Origin: Nanobdellati archaeon
Lineage (GTDB): Archaea > Nanobdellota > Nanobdellia > Woesearchaeales > JAADFO01
Length of the DNA stretch: 35,583 nt
Reading direction: 5' to 3'
NCBI GenBank assembly: GCA_013152815.1
Contig: JAADFO010000005.1
Span: 1 to 35,583, forward strand
Below, one piece after another: positions 1-7,423 of this stretch; within the stretch, counting starts at the first letter, position 1, and the number at the start of each line of letters is the position of its first letter. Position numbers and translations under genes: made by a program. The notes below the pieces were generated by a model that did not search any database, was not told the origin of the DNA, and saw nothing but the letters and a program-made list of their open reading frames with translations.

Positions 1-104
1 TCACCGAGCTGCTGAAATATTTCCCGCTTGTCCTGGTGACCGACAAGGGACGGATCCGGGGGCTCGTGACCAAATCAGACATCATCCAGAAACTGTATCA
101 TTGA
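1..104 (+). CDS. 3' end of a CBS-domain protein (possibly HTH-CBS regulator), 5'-truncated
   Basis: Frame from nt 3 reads TELLKYFPLVLVTDKGRIRGLVTKSDIIQKLYH* (TGA 102-104); 'LV.D.G...G.VTKSDI' is a typical CBS domain end. Confidence 0.7.
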   Translation, partial: TELLKYFPLVLVTDKGRIRGLVTKSDIIQKLYH

Positions 105-151
105 GTGGGCCGAATTCCCTTTCTCTTCCGCTTCTCCTGTCGCTGCCTGTC

Positions 152-862
152 TCATCCCATCCGTCTCTTCAGCTCGCCTACCTTTCCGAACAGGAGGGGC
201 TGGTCGCCCGCGACGAAGACCTCGAAATCGCTGATGTCGTCGAGAAGCGGACTGAGACGCTCTCTCCGAAGGATGTCCTGACCTTCCATGAGAAGATTGA
301 ACGAAGGGAGTACGATGAGGTTCTGTTTCTTGTATGTCCCTTTGAGGAAGCACTTGAAGGTCTCCTTCCTGCCGTTGTCTCTCAGCGTGAGTGCAGGATG
401 TTCATGGCCGATGATGATGACCTTCTTCTTCGTGGGCAATGCCCGGTCTCCGTGCATGAAGCAATAGTTTCCCTGCTCGTATTTCTCGAACACCGGCACG
501 TCGAACTTCTTCGCGATGGGCGGAAGGAACGTGTCGTGGTTCCCTTTGATGAGGATAAGATTGTTCACTTTCGTGTCTAGGAATTCGAACAGTCTCTTGA
601 GATCTCTCCATTCAGAATCTGTTATTTCGCTGAAATCGTCCTTGATGTCGCCGTCGATGATGATGGTCTCGACCGTCCCTGCATGGGCGAGGATGTTCTC
701 CAGACGTGCGAGGGTGAGCTGCATCTGCTGGCCCGGGACCATGATGCCCTGCTTCTGGAGCGACGCCTCATAGCCGATGTGGGTGTCGGCTATGACGAGG
801 ATATGCTCCTTCTCGATGTAGAGGGCGAGGTCGATGATGCGGAGGCCGGGAAGGATATCCAT
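152..862 (-). CDS. Calcineurin-like metallophosphoesterase (Lhr-associated MPE type)
   Basis: Motifs ADTHIG, DGDIKD, KGNHD, MHGD, GHEHP, LPSFN; directly downstream of Lhr. Confidence 0.88.
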   Translation of the reverse strand: MDILPGLRIIDLALYIEKEHILVIADTHIGYEASLQKQGIMVPGQQMQLTLARLENILAHAGTVETIIIDGDIKDDFSEITDSEWRDLKRLFEFLDTKVNNLILIKGNHDTFLPPIAKKFDVPVFEKYEQGNYCFMHGDRALPTKKKVIIIGHEHPALTLRDNGRKETFKCFLKGTYKKQNLIVLPSFNLLMEGQDILRRERLSPLLDDISDFEVFVAGDQPLLFGKVGELKRRMG

Positions 863-925
863 GTCGTGATGATGGGAACGCTGCTCTTTTATATCTTCTG
901 CCCGGTCTCTTCTGCTTGCTTCTTT

Positions 926-3598
926 CTACTTCCTTCTTTTCATCTTCTGTTTTCCTTTCTCCAGTGATATCTTGGCCTGGATCATGCTGTGCATGCGCCG
1001 GAGGAAGTCCATGCGGTCCTCCATGCGGAGCAGGTCGGTGTGGCCCTGGAGGATCAGGTGGAAGGCGAAGGGCGACGGGATGGTCGTGCTGATCTCCCTG
1101 GTCTGTATCTTCCTGTCGTCGATGGCCTGGATGATCTCTCTGGTGTGGTCGATGTCCATGAGGTCCTCAAGGACCTCCCGTCGGGCCTCCTTGAGGATGG
1201 AGAAGTCCTTGCTGATGCGCTTCAGAGCGTTGATGAGGATCTGGGACGATATCTGCTGTCTGCCGACCCTCTTGGTCCTTCCTTTGTAGTTCCGCAGGAT
1301 CATCAGGGAGCGGGTTGCACAATGACGGAACCGTCGTCTCAGCACCTCGCTGCGGTCGATGGCGAACTCCATGAGCAGGTCGAGCTTCTCTGCCTTGAGG
1401 ACCTTCATGGCACCCTTCACCGAGACGGATTTCGGGCTTGCGAGGTAGAACCCGTTGTCCGATATGCCGACCTCCACGTCACGATGCTCAAGGCGGGAGA
1501 ACGCATAGGCCACCGCCCTGCTGAGGCAGTCGTTGACCCGTCTGCCGTAGAGGCTGTGGAAGATGCAGTAGTATCTGCCCTCGTCCCGGTAATGCTCGAT
1601 GATGATCCTCCGGTGGTTGGGTATCTTCGCGTAGTCGTACTGTTCCCTGAAATAGCCGTGGATGGCCTTTGCTCCATTGTCGTCCACCCGGAGATACGAG
1701 TGGATGAACCGGACGATCTCCTCTTCCGGCTCCTCTGCCTTCAGTTTCGCGTCCATGAGCTTCCGGAACTTTCCGATGTCCTGGGCCAGGTCGAAGGAGA
1801 GAGGGAGCATCTCTGAGAACCAGGCAGGGATGGTGGGAGGCCTTCCTGCGCTGGCGACGACCTGGATGGTCATCCCTCTGGAGAACCTGAACTCGTAGCT
1901 TGCCCCTCCGAGCACGAAGACGTCTCCCCGATGCAGCCGTTCCAGGAATCCCTCGTCCAGGGTGCCGATGAGCCGGTCCCCTATCTTCACCCGGACCCTG
2001 GTCTCGTCGGGGATGGTGCCGATGTTGGTCATGTAGATGACCCTGGCCATCTTCCCTCTCCTGCCGATCATCCCGGTCTCCTCGTCCACCCAGATCTTGG
2101 CGTAGATATGCCTCGATTCGAGGGAGGCGTACTCCCCTGACAGGTAGCGGAGCACCTCAAGGAAATCGTGGTAGGGCAGGTCGGCATAGCAGTGGCTGCT
2201 CGTGACCAGTCGGAAGAGGTCGTCCCGGTGGATGGGAGCGGCTATGGCGATCCCATAGATCTGCTGGGCCAGGACGTCCAGGGCATTCTTCGGGATGTGG
2301 ATGCGGTCGATCTTCTTCTCGACGGCGTTCTTCTGGAGGATGGCACATTCCACCAGGTCGTCCTGGTTGGTCACGATGATCCTCGCCTTGACCGTCTCAT
2401 GGAGACGGTGGCCGGCCCTGCCTGCACGCTGGAGGAACCGGGCGACGGATTTGGGAGAGCCGATGCAGATGACCAGGTCGATGTAGCCGATGTCGATGCC
2501 CAGCTCCAAAGAGGTGGAGGTGACGACGGCTTTGAGCTTTCCCTGGCGCAACCCTTCTTCGATGCGGAAGCGGTGTTCCTTGGACAAGGATCCATGATGG
2601 GCGCCGATGGCCCTGGTCTTACCTGCCGGGGCAGGGTCTGGTTCATCTTCGATGTCCACCGGCTCGGTGTAGTTTTTGGGGAAATGGTTCCGCAGATAGT
2701 CCACCACCCGTTCTGTGGCTGCCCTGGTGTTGGTGAAGATGAGCGTCGTCCGGTGCTGCTGGATCAGGTCGTCGATGATCTCATAGCGTTTCCGGTAGGC
2801 TTCCTCATAGGGCGTGTTGATGAGGTCAGGGACAGGGCATATGACCTGGAGGTCCATGTCCTTGATGAACTGGACGTCGATGATGCTGCAGTCTCTCGGC
2901 TGTCCATCCTCGTGGCCGACGAGGAACTTGGCGATCTCTTCGAGCGGCGCGACCGTGGCAGAGAGTCCTACCCTGGTCAGGTGAGGGCAGAGGCGGTGGA
3001 GCCGTTCCACGCTCAGGGACAGGTGGACCCCTCTCTTGTTCTCCGCCAGTGCGTGGATCTCGTCGATGATGAGCCAGTCTGCCTCCTTGAGATGGTCGAT
3101 GAACTTGATGGAAGAGAGTACGATGGCGAGGCTTTCAGGGGTGGTGATGAGGATGTGCGGGGGCTTCTTGAGCATCCGGGTCTTCTCTGCAGGGGTGGTG
3201 TCCCCTGTCCTCACCCCCACCCTGATGCCGAGCTTCTTCCCGGCGATGGCTTCCATCTCCCTGAGCGGCTCCACCAGGTTCTTCTCGATGTCGTTGGATA
3301 ACGCCCGCAGCGGGCTCACATAGATGCAGTAGGTCCGGTCCTGGAGGATGCCCTTGTCGGCAGAGTCGATGAGCTCGTTGAGGATGGAGAGGAAGGCTGT
3401 CAGGGTCTTGGTGGCCCCGGTGGGCGCAGAGACCAGGATGTTCTTCCTGCTGTGTATCTCCATGACCCCGAAGCGCTGGGGGAGCGAGAACTCCTTGAAT
3501 CGGGAGAAGAACCACTTCTTCACGATGGGGTGCAGGATCCGCTCGATCTCTTCTGGCTTGTTGGGCGTCTCTTTGTAGGTTATTCCGGTATTGATCAC
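926..3598 (-). CDS. lhr: Lhr-family SF2 ATP-dependent helicase
   Basis: Motifs APTGATKT (I), YVSPLRALSND (Ia), TTPESL, IIDEIH (II), LSAT (III), HHGSL, TSLELGIDIG, QRAGRAGH (VI); 890 aa; GTG start. Confidence 0.93.
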   Translation of the reverse strand: MINTGITYKETPNKPEEIERILHPIVKKWFFSRFKEFSLPQRFGVMEIHSRKNILVSAPTGATKTLTAFLSILNELIDSADKGILQDRTYCIYVSPLRALSNDIEKNLVEPLREMEAIAGKKLGIRVGVRTGDTTPAEKTRMLKKPPHILITTPESLAIVLSSIKFIDHLKEADWLIIDEIHALAENKRGVHLSLSVERLHRLCPHLTRVGLSATVAPLEEIAKFLVGHEDGQPRDCSIIDVQFIKDMDLQVICPVPDLINTPYEEAYRKRYEIIDDLIQQHRTTLIFTNTRAATERVVDYLRNHFPKNYTEPVDIEDEPDPAPAGKTRAIGAHHGSLSKEHRFRIEEGLRQGKLKAVVTSTSLELGIDIGYIDLVICIGSPKSVARFLQRAGRAGHRLHETVKARIIVTNQDDLVECAILQKNAVEKKIDRIHIPKNALDVLAQQIYGIAIAAPIHRDDLFRLVTSSHCYADLPYHDFLEVLRYLSGEYASLESRHIYAKIWVDEETGMIGRRGKMARVIYMTNIGTIPDETRVRVKIGDRLIGTLDEGFLERLHRGDVFVLGGASYEFRFSRGMTIQVVASAGRPPTIPAWFSEMLPLSFDLAQDIGKFRKLMDAKLKAEEPEEEIVRFIHSYLRVDDNGAKAIHGYFREQYDYAKIPNHRRIIIEHYRDEGRYYCIFHSLYGRRVNDCLSRAVAYAFSRLEHRDVEVGISDNGFYLASPKSVSVKGAMKVLKAEKLDLLMEFAIDRSEVLRRRFRHCATRSLMILRNYKGRTKRVGRQQISSQILINALKRISKDFSILKEARREVLEDLMDIDHTREIIQAIDDRKIQTREISTTIPSPFAFHLILQGHTDLLRMEDRMDFLRRMHSMIQAKISLEKGKQKMKRRK

Positions 3599-3625
3599 CC
3601 TGGCCTGCTCTGTAACTTATAACGC

Positions 3626-3632
3626 TTTAAAA
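3626..3632 (-). promoter_or_regulatory. Putative TATA box of lhr
   Basis: Minus-strand TTTTAAA about 27 nt upstream of the lhr start (leaderless spacing); abuts repeat copy 1. Confidence 0.5.
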
Positions 3633-3635
3633 GCC

Positions 3636-3658
3636 TTATGCACGCCATGTCCAGTGGG
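3636..3658 (+). repeat. 23-bp direct repeat, copy 1 (TTATGCACGCCATGTCCAGTGGG)
   Basis: Identical to 6115-6137; 21/23 to 4426-4448; copies 1 and 2 also share the preceding AAAGCC. Confidence 0.95.
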
Positions 3659-3693
3659 GTGTGCCGGGTTTTGCTCTGTGTTCAAAGAAATAG

Positions 3694-4119
3694 CTATCTG
3701 CCTGCTCTTGATGAGGTGGGAGATAAGATGAACTTTTTTTCATTTTGCTGGAACTTGATGTTGAATTTATCGAAGAATACTTCCCTTCCGAGAAGCGGAT
3801 TATTGTTGAAGTCATCCAGCACCCAGACGGGCATCTGGAAGACGACACGATCATGGCCTTTCTCAATCTTTACAGACACTTTTGATAAGGTCCCTTTGAC
3901 TGTTCCTCCAATACCTGCAACATCCTGCTTTTTTCCACGAAGATCAAGTTCTAGAAGTTCAGCAAAATCTCTTGAGATGACAGGGGTGTCTGCTCCTGAG
4001 TCGATAAGGGCAACTGAAGTGAGTTTCTGTTTACCCGAGAAGGTGAGAGGTATGCATGGTGCATAGACGTTCCCATGATTCTTACGTTCCTGTAGCTTAT
4101 ATCGAAAGTGCATTGTCAT
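3694..4119 (-). CDS. Retropepsin-like (clan AA) aspartyl protease
   Basis: ALIDSGAD catalytic motif, GIGG flap-like segment, LLGR motif; 141 aa single domain. Confidence 0.88.
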   Translation of the reverse strand: MTMHFRYKLQERKNHGNVYAPCIPLTFSGKQKLTSVALIDSGADTPVISRDFAELLELDLRGKKQDVAGIGGTVKGTLSKVSVKIEKGHDRVVFQMPVWVLDDFNNNPLLGREVFFDKFNIKFQQNEKKFILSPTSSRAGR

Positions 4120-4127
4120 CTTAACAG

Positions 4128-4322
4128 CTAGAATAGCATCGCTTCATTACCTCGTACTTTGGTAATGAACGGGGTGGTCTTGGGTTGCTGTTTTTTTGCT
4201 TTGTTGAAAACTTCTTTTGCTGTCTTTCCAGAGGCAATGACTTTGTTTTGAGATATTGCTACCCATTCGTCTTTGTACTGGCTAAAATCCTCTTTCATGA
4301 AGAACTTGAATTCTTGTTCCAT
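4128..4322 (-). CDS. Small DUF5678-like protein (64 aa)
   Basis: MEQEFKFFMKEDFSQYKDEWVAISQNKVIASGKTAKEVFNKAKKQ; 'Y..EWVAI...KVIASG....V...A' pattern. Start reset to ATG 4322, which has an A-rich/TATATA element about 23-30 nt upstream. Confidence 0.8.
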   Translation of the reverse strand: MEQEFKFFMKEDFSQYKDEWVAISQNKVIASGKTAKEVFNKAKKQQPKTTPFITKVRGNEAMLF

Positions 4323-4425
4323 CTTTTCTCTTTTCAAGAAGAGTCTTTTCACGTATATATGGTTTTTCGTTGAAAACCCGGAAGAAATCCACTCAATATG
4401 TAACCATTCCATTGTTTATAAAGCC

Positions 4426-4448
4426 TTATGCACGCAGTGTCCAGTGGG
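4426..4448 (+). repeat. 23-bp direct repeat, copy 2 (TTATGCACGCAGTGTCCAGTGGG)
   Basis: Two mismatches (CA to AG) versus copies 1 and 3. Confidence 0.93.
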
Positions 4449-4485
4449 TGTTTTGTTTCTGTATAAACTATCGAGTAGTCAACTG

Positions 4486-4500
4486 CGAAATCTTTATAAA
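4486..4500 (+). promoter_or_regulatory. Putative BRE/TATA for the 375-aa ORF
   Basis: CGAAATCTTTATAAA ending 23 nt before ATG 4524. Confidence 0.55.
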
Positions 4501-4523
4501 TGTAAGATATACTCTCTGTATAT

Positions 4524-5651
4524 ATGTCTGAGCGAATTTTTCAAGCAATGGATGAAGTTGCTTCACAAGGACTAGACGCCATGTTAAAAGAAATTGTGCG
4601 GACAGGCTCTGATGAACACGATTATTCTAAAGTGTGCCAAGCAAAATATCATCTAAAAAGATTAGAATTGGGTTTGCCTGAGATTGTTGATTCAGGAAAA
4701 GATATTGAAGACAGAAAAGATTCTCTGCAACCGTTGAATGACGTAATGAGGCAGTGTAGGGCAGAGGTAGCAGCGCATTACAAAGCAGATGGAATTTTTT
4801 TAGAGGCAGCTCTTAATTTTATTGAAGCTGGAAGACCTAAAGATGCAATTGATATGTTTATTAAGGAAGGTTCTGAGAGATCTTTAGCTGATGCTGCGTT
4901 TTGGGCAGTCGAATCCGGTGTTGATTATAAATTTGGTTTTGACTATAGAATACAAAAAGGAGAAATACGGACAGCTTTTGATGAGTTACATAGAGTAAGC
5001 GACTCTCATGGTATCGGAACAGAAGAAAAACAGCGATGGGGAGAATACCTAACAAGAGCTGCTTACCATGCAGTTGTAGATGGAATAAAAGCTGAAATAG
5101 AAGAACAGGAAGGTCAAAAACCTAAAGGCGAAACAATCTCCCAATTACTTGATGGGAGAGATGCTAAGCTTATTTTTGTATCTGATGGCCATATTGATAA
5201 GAATTTTGTAAACTCGTTAAGGTATGTGAGCGAATCAAGTGACCCTGAAATAATTCAATTGGGAATTGAACTATATGCGTTTCTGGTAAGACATGAAGAA
5301 GAAAAACACATGAAAGAATATTATGAAATAACGGAAATGTATCTGAAAGGAAAATTAACAGGCAGTGATGAATATATTCAATATTTAATTAAAAAAACTG
5401 AAGAAAATCAAACAAATGATGAACTTGATTTTGGTAAGTTTATTGCTGAAAGAGCAGTTGACGTTTTACAATTTCATAAGAAATATGATGCTGCTTTAAA
5501 GGTTGCAGAAAGATTCTTGTCTCCGGAACATAAGACGAGGTTTGCATTGCTTGAAAAATTGGGAGATACTCAAAAGTTGGCCCTTGCCTATAGAGACATT
5601 GATGACCCCATCAGCTATGCTATGGTGGTGTCTGGAAGAACGGGCCAATAA
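4524..5651 (+). CDS. Hypothetical protein, probably alpha-helical
   Basis: 375-aa AT-rich ORF with a TATA-like element upstream; no motif recognised. Confidence 0.8.
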   Translation: MSERIFQAMDEVASQGLDAMLKEIVRTGSDEHDYSKVCQAKYHLKRLELGLPEIVDSGKDIEDRKDSLQPLNDVMRQCRAEVAAHYKADGIFLEAALNFIEAGRPKDAIDMFIKEGSERSLADAAFWAVESGVDYKFGFDYRIQKGEIRTAFDELHRVSDSHGIGTEEKQRWGEYLTRAAYHAVVDGIKAEIEEQEGQKPKGETISQLLDGRDAKLIFVSDGHIDKNFVNSLRYVSESSDPEIIQLGIELYAFLVRHEEEKHMKEYYEITEMYLKGKLTGSDEYIQYLIKKTEENQTNDELDFGKFIAERAVDVLQFHKKYDAALKVAERFLSPEHKTRFALLEKLGDTQKLALAYRDIDDPISYAMVVSGRTGQ

Positions 5652-5819
5652 GAACATCCTGCCTTTCTACGTTCAAGGCCTTTTTCTCGATTGAAACGAA
5701 TCCCTGTTGAATTTCATGGATGTGTAAACGCTTTATCTTGGAGAGACTAAAGCTTTCGAGTAAACGTTCAGGTCTCGCGTTTAGTATCTTTTAAATATTC
5801 TTCTTGATTTGCTTCTTTC

Positions 5820-6098
5820 ATGAAAGTATGGTATAGGTTACAAGTGTATAAAATGAAAAAAGAATTTGAATATCTTTCTAATGTTTATGCTGCGTTGGAT
5901 GAGACGATTTTAAAACGAGCTCATAAGAAGGAATTAAATCGAATATTTGAGCGATTATCTACAGATTTTCCTGTATTAGAAGAATTGGTTAAAGAGAATA
6001 CCCGTGAAGGATATTTCACTCTTTCAGCAGGTGGAACTGTTTATGACCTTGAAAGCGCCAAAAAACTCTTATCCAGATATCTTGTTCTTGCGGCCTAA
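5820..6098 (+). CDS. Hypothetical protein (92 aa; alternative start 5853)
   Basis: AT-rich ORF with TTTTAAATA about 23 nt upstream; stop lies 16 nt before repeat copy 3. Confidence 0.6.
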   Translation: MKVWYRLQVYKMKKEFEYLSNVYAALDETILKRAHKKELNRIFERLSTDFPVLEELVKENTREGYFTLSAGGTVYDLESAKKLLSRYLVLAA

Positions 6099-6114
6099 AC
6101 ATGTATTGCACATA

Positions 6115-6137
6115 TTATGCACGCCATGTCCAGTGGG
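6115..6137 (+). repeat. 23-bp direct repeat, copy 3
   Basis: Identical to 3636-3658; enclosed by inverted repeat TGCACATA (6107-6114) / TATGTGCA (6144-6151). Confidence 0.95.
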
Positions 6138-6163
6138 ATCTGCTATGTGCATTACCGCAACAC

Positions 6164-6281
6164 TTATAAACGCTCCCCTGTTCTCAGGATGTAAAGCTAC
6201 GATTCATGTAGCTGGTCTAGCGCCGAGAGGCGTGACACGATAGATACAACTCACATTCAAAGACCTATTCAAGGTGAAACA
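6164..6281 (+). promoter_or_regulatory. Putative TATA box and structured 5' leader of the rps19e operon
   Basis: TTATAAA 6164-6170; hairpins AGCTAC-7nt-GTAGCT (6195-6213) and CGCC-GAGA-GGCG (6221-6232); AGGTGA SD-like sequence before ATG 6282. Confidence 0.5.
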
Positions 6282-6884
6282 ATGGCATCAATCTATGACG
6301 TGCCCACTGACCGACTCATACAGCAGACTGCAGAGGAATTGAAGAAGGTCGAGTCCATACGGCCTCCGGTGTGGTCTCCCTATGTCAAGACCGGTGCGCA
6401 TAAGGAACGGCCGCCGGTCCAGAAGGACTGGTGGTATGTCCGGGCAGCGTCGGTCCTGCGGAAGGTGTCTATCCTGGGTCCCATCGGCACGTCAAAGCTC
6501 AAGGCGAAATATGGCGGCAAGAAGAACCGGGGCATGAAGAAGGAGCGTCACTATGACGGTTCGGGTTCCATCACGCGAAAGATCCTCCAGCAGCTGGAAG
6601 CGGCAGGTTTCCTTGCGAAGGAGGAGAAACAGGTCCATCGGGGAAGGAAACTCTCTCCCAAAGGCCATTCTTTCATCGACAAGGTCGCATCATCATTATA
6701 TGTTCCTCCTGTCAAGAAGAAGAAGCAGGTCAAGACGCCTGCAAAATCAGAGGCTCCGAAGGAGGATGTTCCTAAGGATGTTCCTAAGGATGTTCCTAAG
6801 GATGTTCCAGGGGCCACAGACAAGGCTGCTGCTGGAGCAGATGGTGCTTCAGAGAGCAAGCCGGTGAATGATAAGAAAGCGTAA
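6282..6884 (+). CDS. rps19e: 30S ribosomal protein S19e with low-complexity C-terminal extension
   Basis: PPVWSPYVKTGAHKERPP, WWYVRAASVLRK, YGGKKNRG, GSGSITRKILQQLE. Confidence 0.97.
   Translation: MASIYDVPTDRLIQQTAEELKKVESIRPPVWSPYVKTGAHKERPPVQKDWWYVRAASVLRKVSILGPIGTSKLKAKYGGKKNRGMKKERHYDGSGSITRKILQQLEAAGFLAKEEKQVHRGRKLSPKGHSFIDKVASSLYVPPVKKKKQVKTPAKSEAPKEDVPKDVPKDVPKDVPGATDKAAAGADGASESKPVNDKKA
6763..6808 (+). repeat. 12-bp tandem repeat AGGATGTTCCTA x3.8 encoding (DVPK)n
   Basis: Perfect copies at 6763, 6775, 6787; partial at 6799. Confidence 0.95.
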
Positions 6885-6885
6885 G

Positions 6886-7215
6886 ATGGATGAGCTTGAG
6901 GCATTGCGGCAGAAGAAGCTGGCAGAGATGCAGCAACAGGCAGAGATGCAGTCCCAGGCCCAGCAGGAGGCTTCCCAGCTCCAGGCGCAGATAGAACAGC
7001 TGGAGCAGTTGGCCCGGACGGTCCTGTCCCCTGAGGCCATGCAGCGCTATGCTGCCCTGAAGCTTGCCCATCCAGAGACTGCTGTCCAATCGTTGCTGGT
7101 CATCGCCCAGCTCGTCCAGGCAAAACGGCTGAAGCATCTCGACGATGCAGGGTTCAAGGACATCCTCCGGACCCTCGGCACCAGCAAGAAGGACATCACC
7201 ATAACCAGGAGATAA
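6886..7215 (+). CDS. PDCD5-related DNA-binding protein
   Basis: MDELEALRQKKLAEMQ, LSPEAMQRY, end ITITRR; conserved position between rps19e and rpl39e. Confidence 0.9.
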   Translation: MDELEALRQKKLAEMQQQAEMQSQAQQEASQLQAQIEQLEQLARTVLSPEAMQRYAALKLAHPETAVQSLLVIAQLVQAKRLKHLDDAGFKDILRTLGTSKKDITITRR

Positions 7216-7247
7216 GGACCGAAGAAGTAATCCGAGGAAATAATAAG

Positions 7248-7421
7248 ATGGCACGATTCATCCACCTGTCGAGGAAACTGAGGCTCGCCAAGAAAGGGCG
7301 GCAGACACGCTGGGCCCCTTTCTGGACAGTCCCGAAGATCTATGGCACCAACAGGAAGGTGCATCCAGGCAGGCATACTGTTGTTAAGCGGAGCTGGAGA
7401 CGCTCCAAGACCAAGGCATGA
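7248..7421 (+). CDS. rpl39e: 50S ribosomal protein L39e (absent from the ORF track, 57 aa)
   Basis: Translated by hand: MARFIHLSRKLRLAKKGRQTRWAPFWTVPKIYGTNRKVHPGRHTVVKRSWRRSKTKA*; K.RLAK, P.W and WRR motifs plus synteny. Confidence 0.92.
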   Translation: MARFIHLSRKLRLAKKGRQTRWAPFWTVPKIYGTNRKVHPGRHTVVKRSWRRSKTKA

Positions 7422-7423
7422 TC

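Larger units (their letters stand above)
3636..6137. mobile_element. AT-rich island of two repeat-delimited modules, no integrase inside
   Basis: Visible drop in GC and shift to A/T-ending codons between the outer identical 23-bp repeats; internal third copy; repeat-to-repeat distances 790 and 1689 bp. Confidence 0.7.

Noticed and set aside
3636..6137. 23-bp repeats as a CRISPR array
   Set aside because: Intervals are 790 and 1689 bp and contain whole genes; no cas genes in the window.
3636..6137. Classical integron or tRNA-targeted island
   Set aside because: The repeats lack the RYYYAAC...GTTRRRY attC layout, no intI is present, and no tRNA 3' end is recognisable in either orientation.
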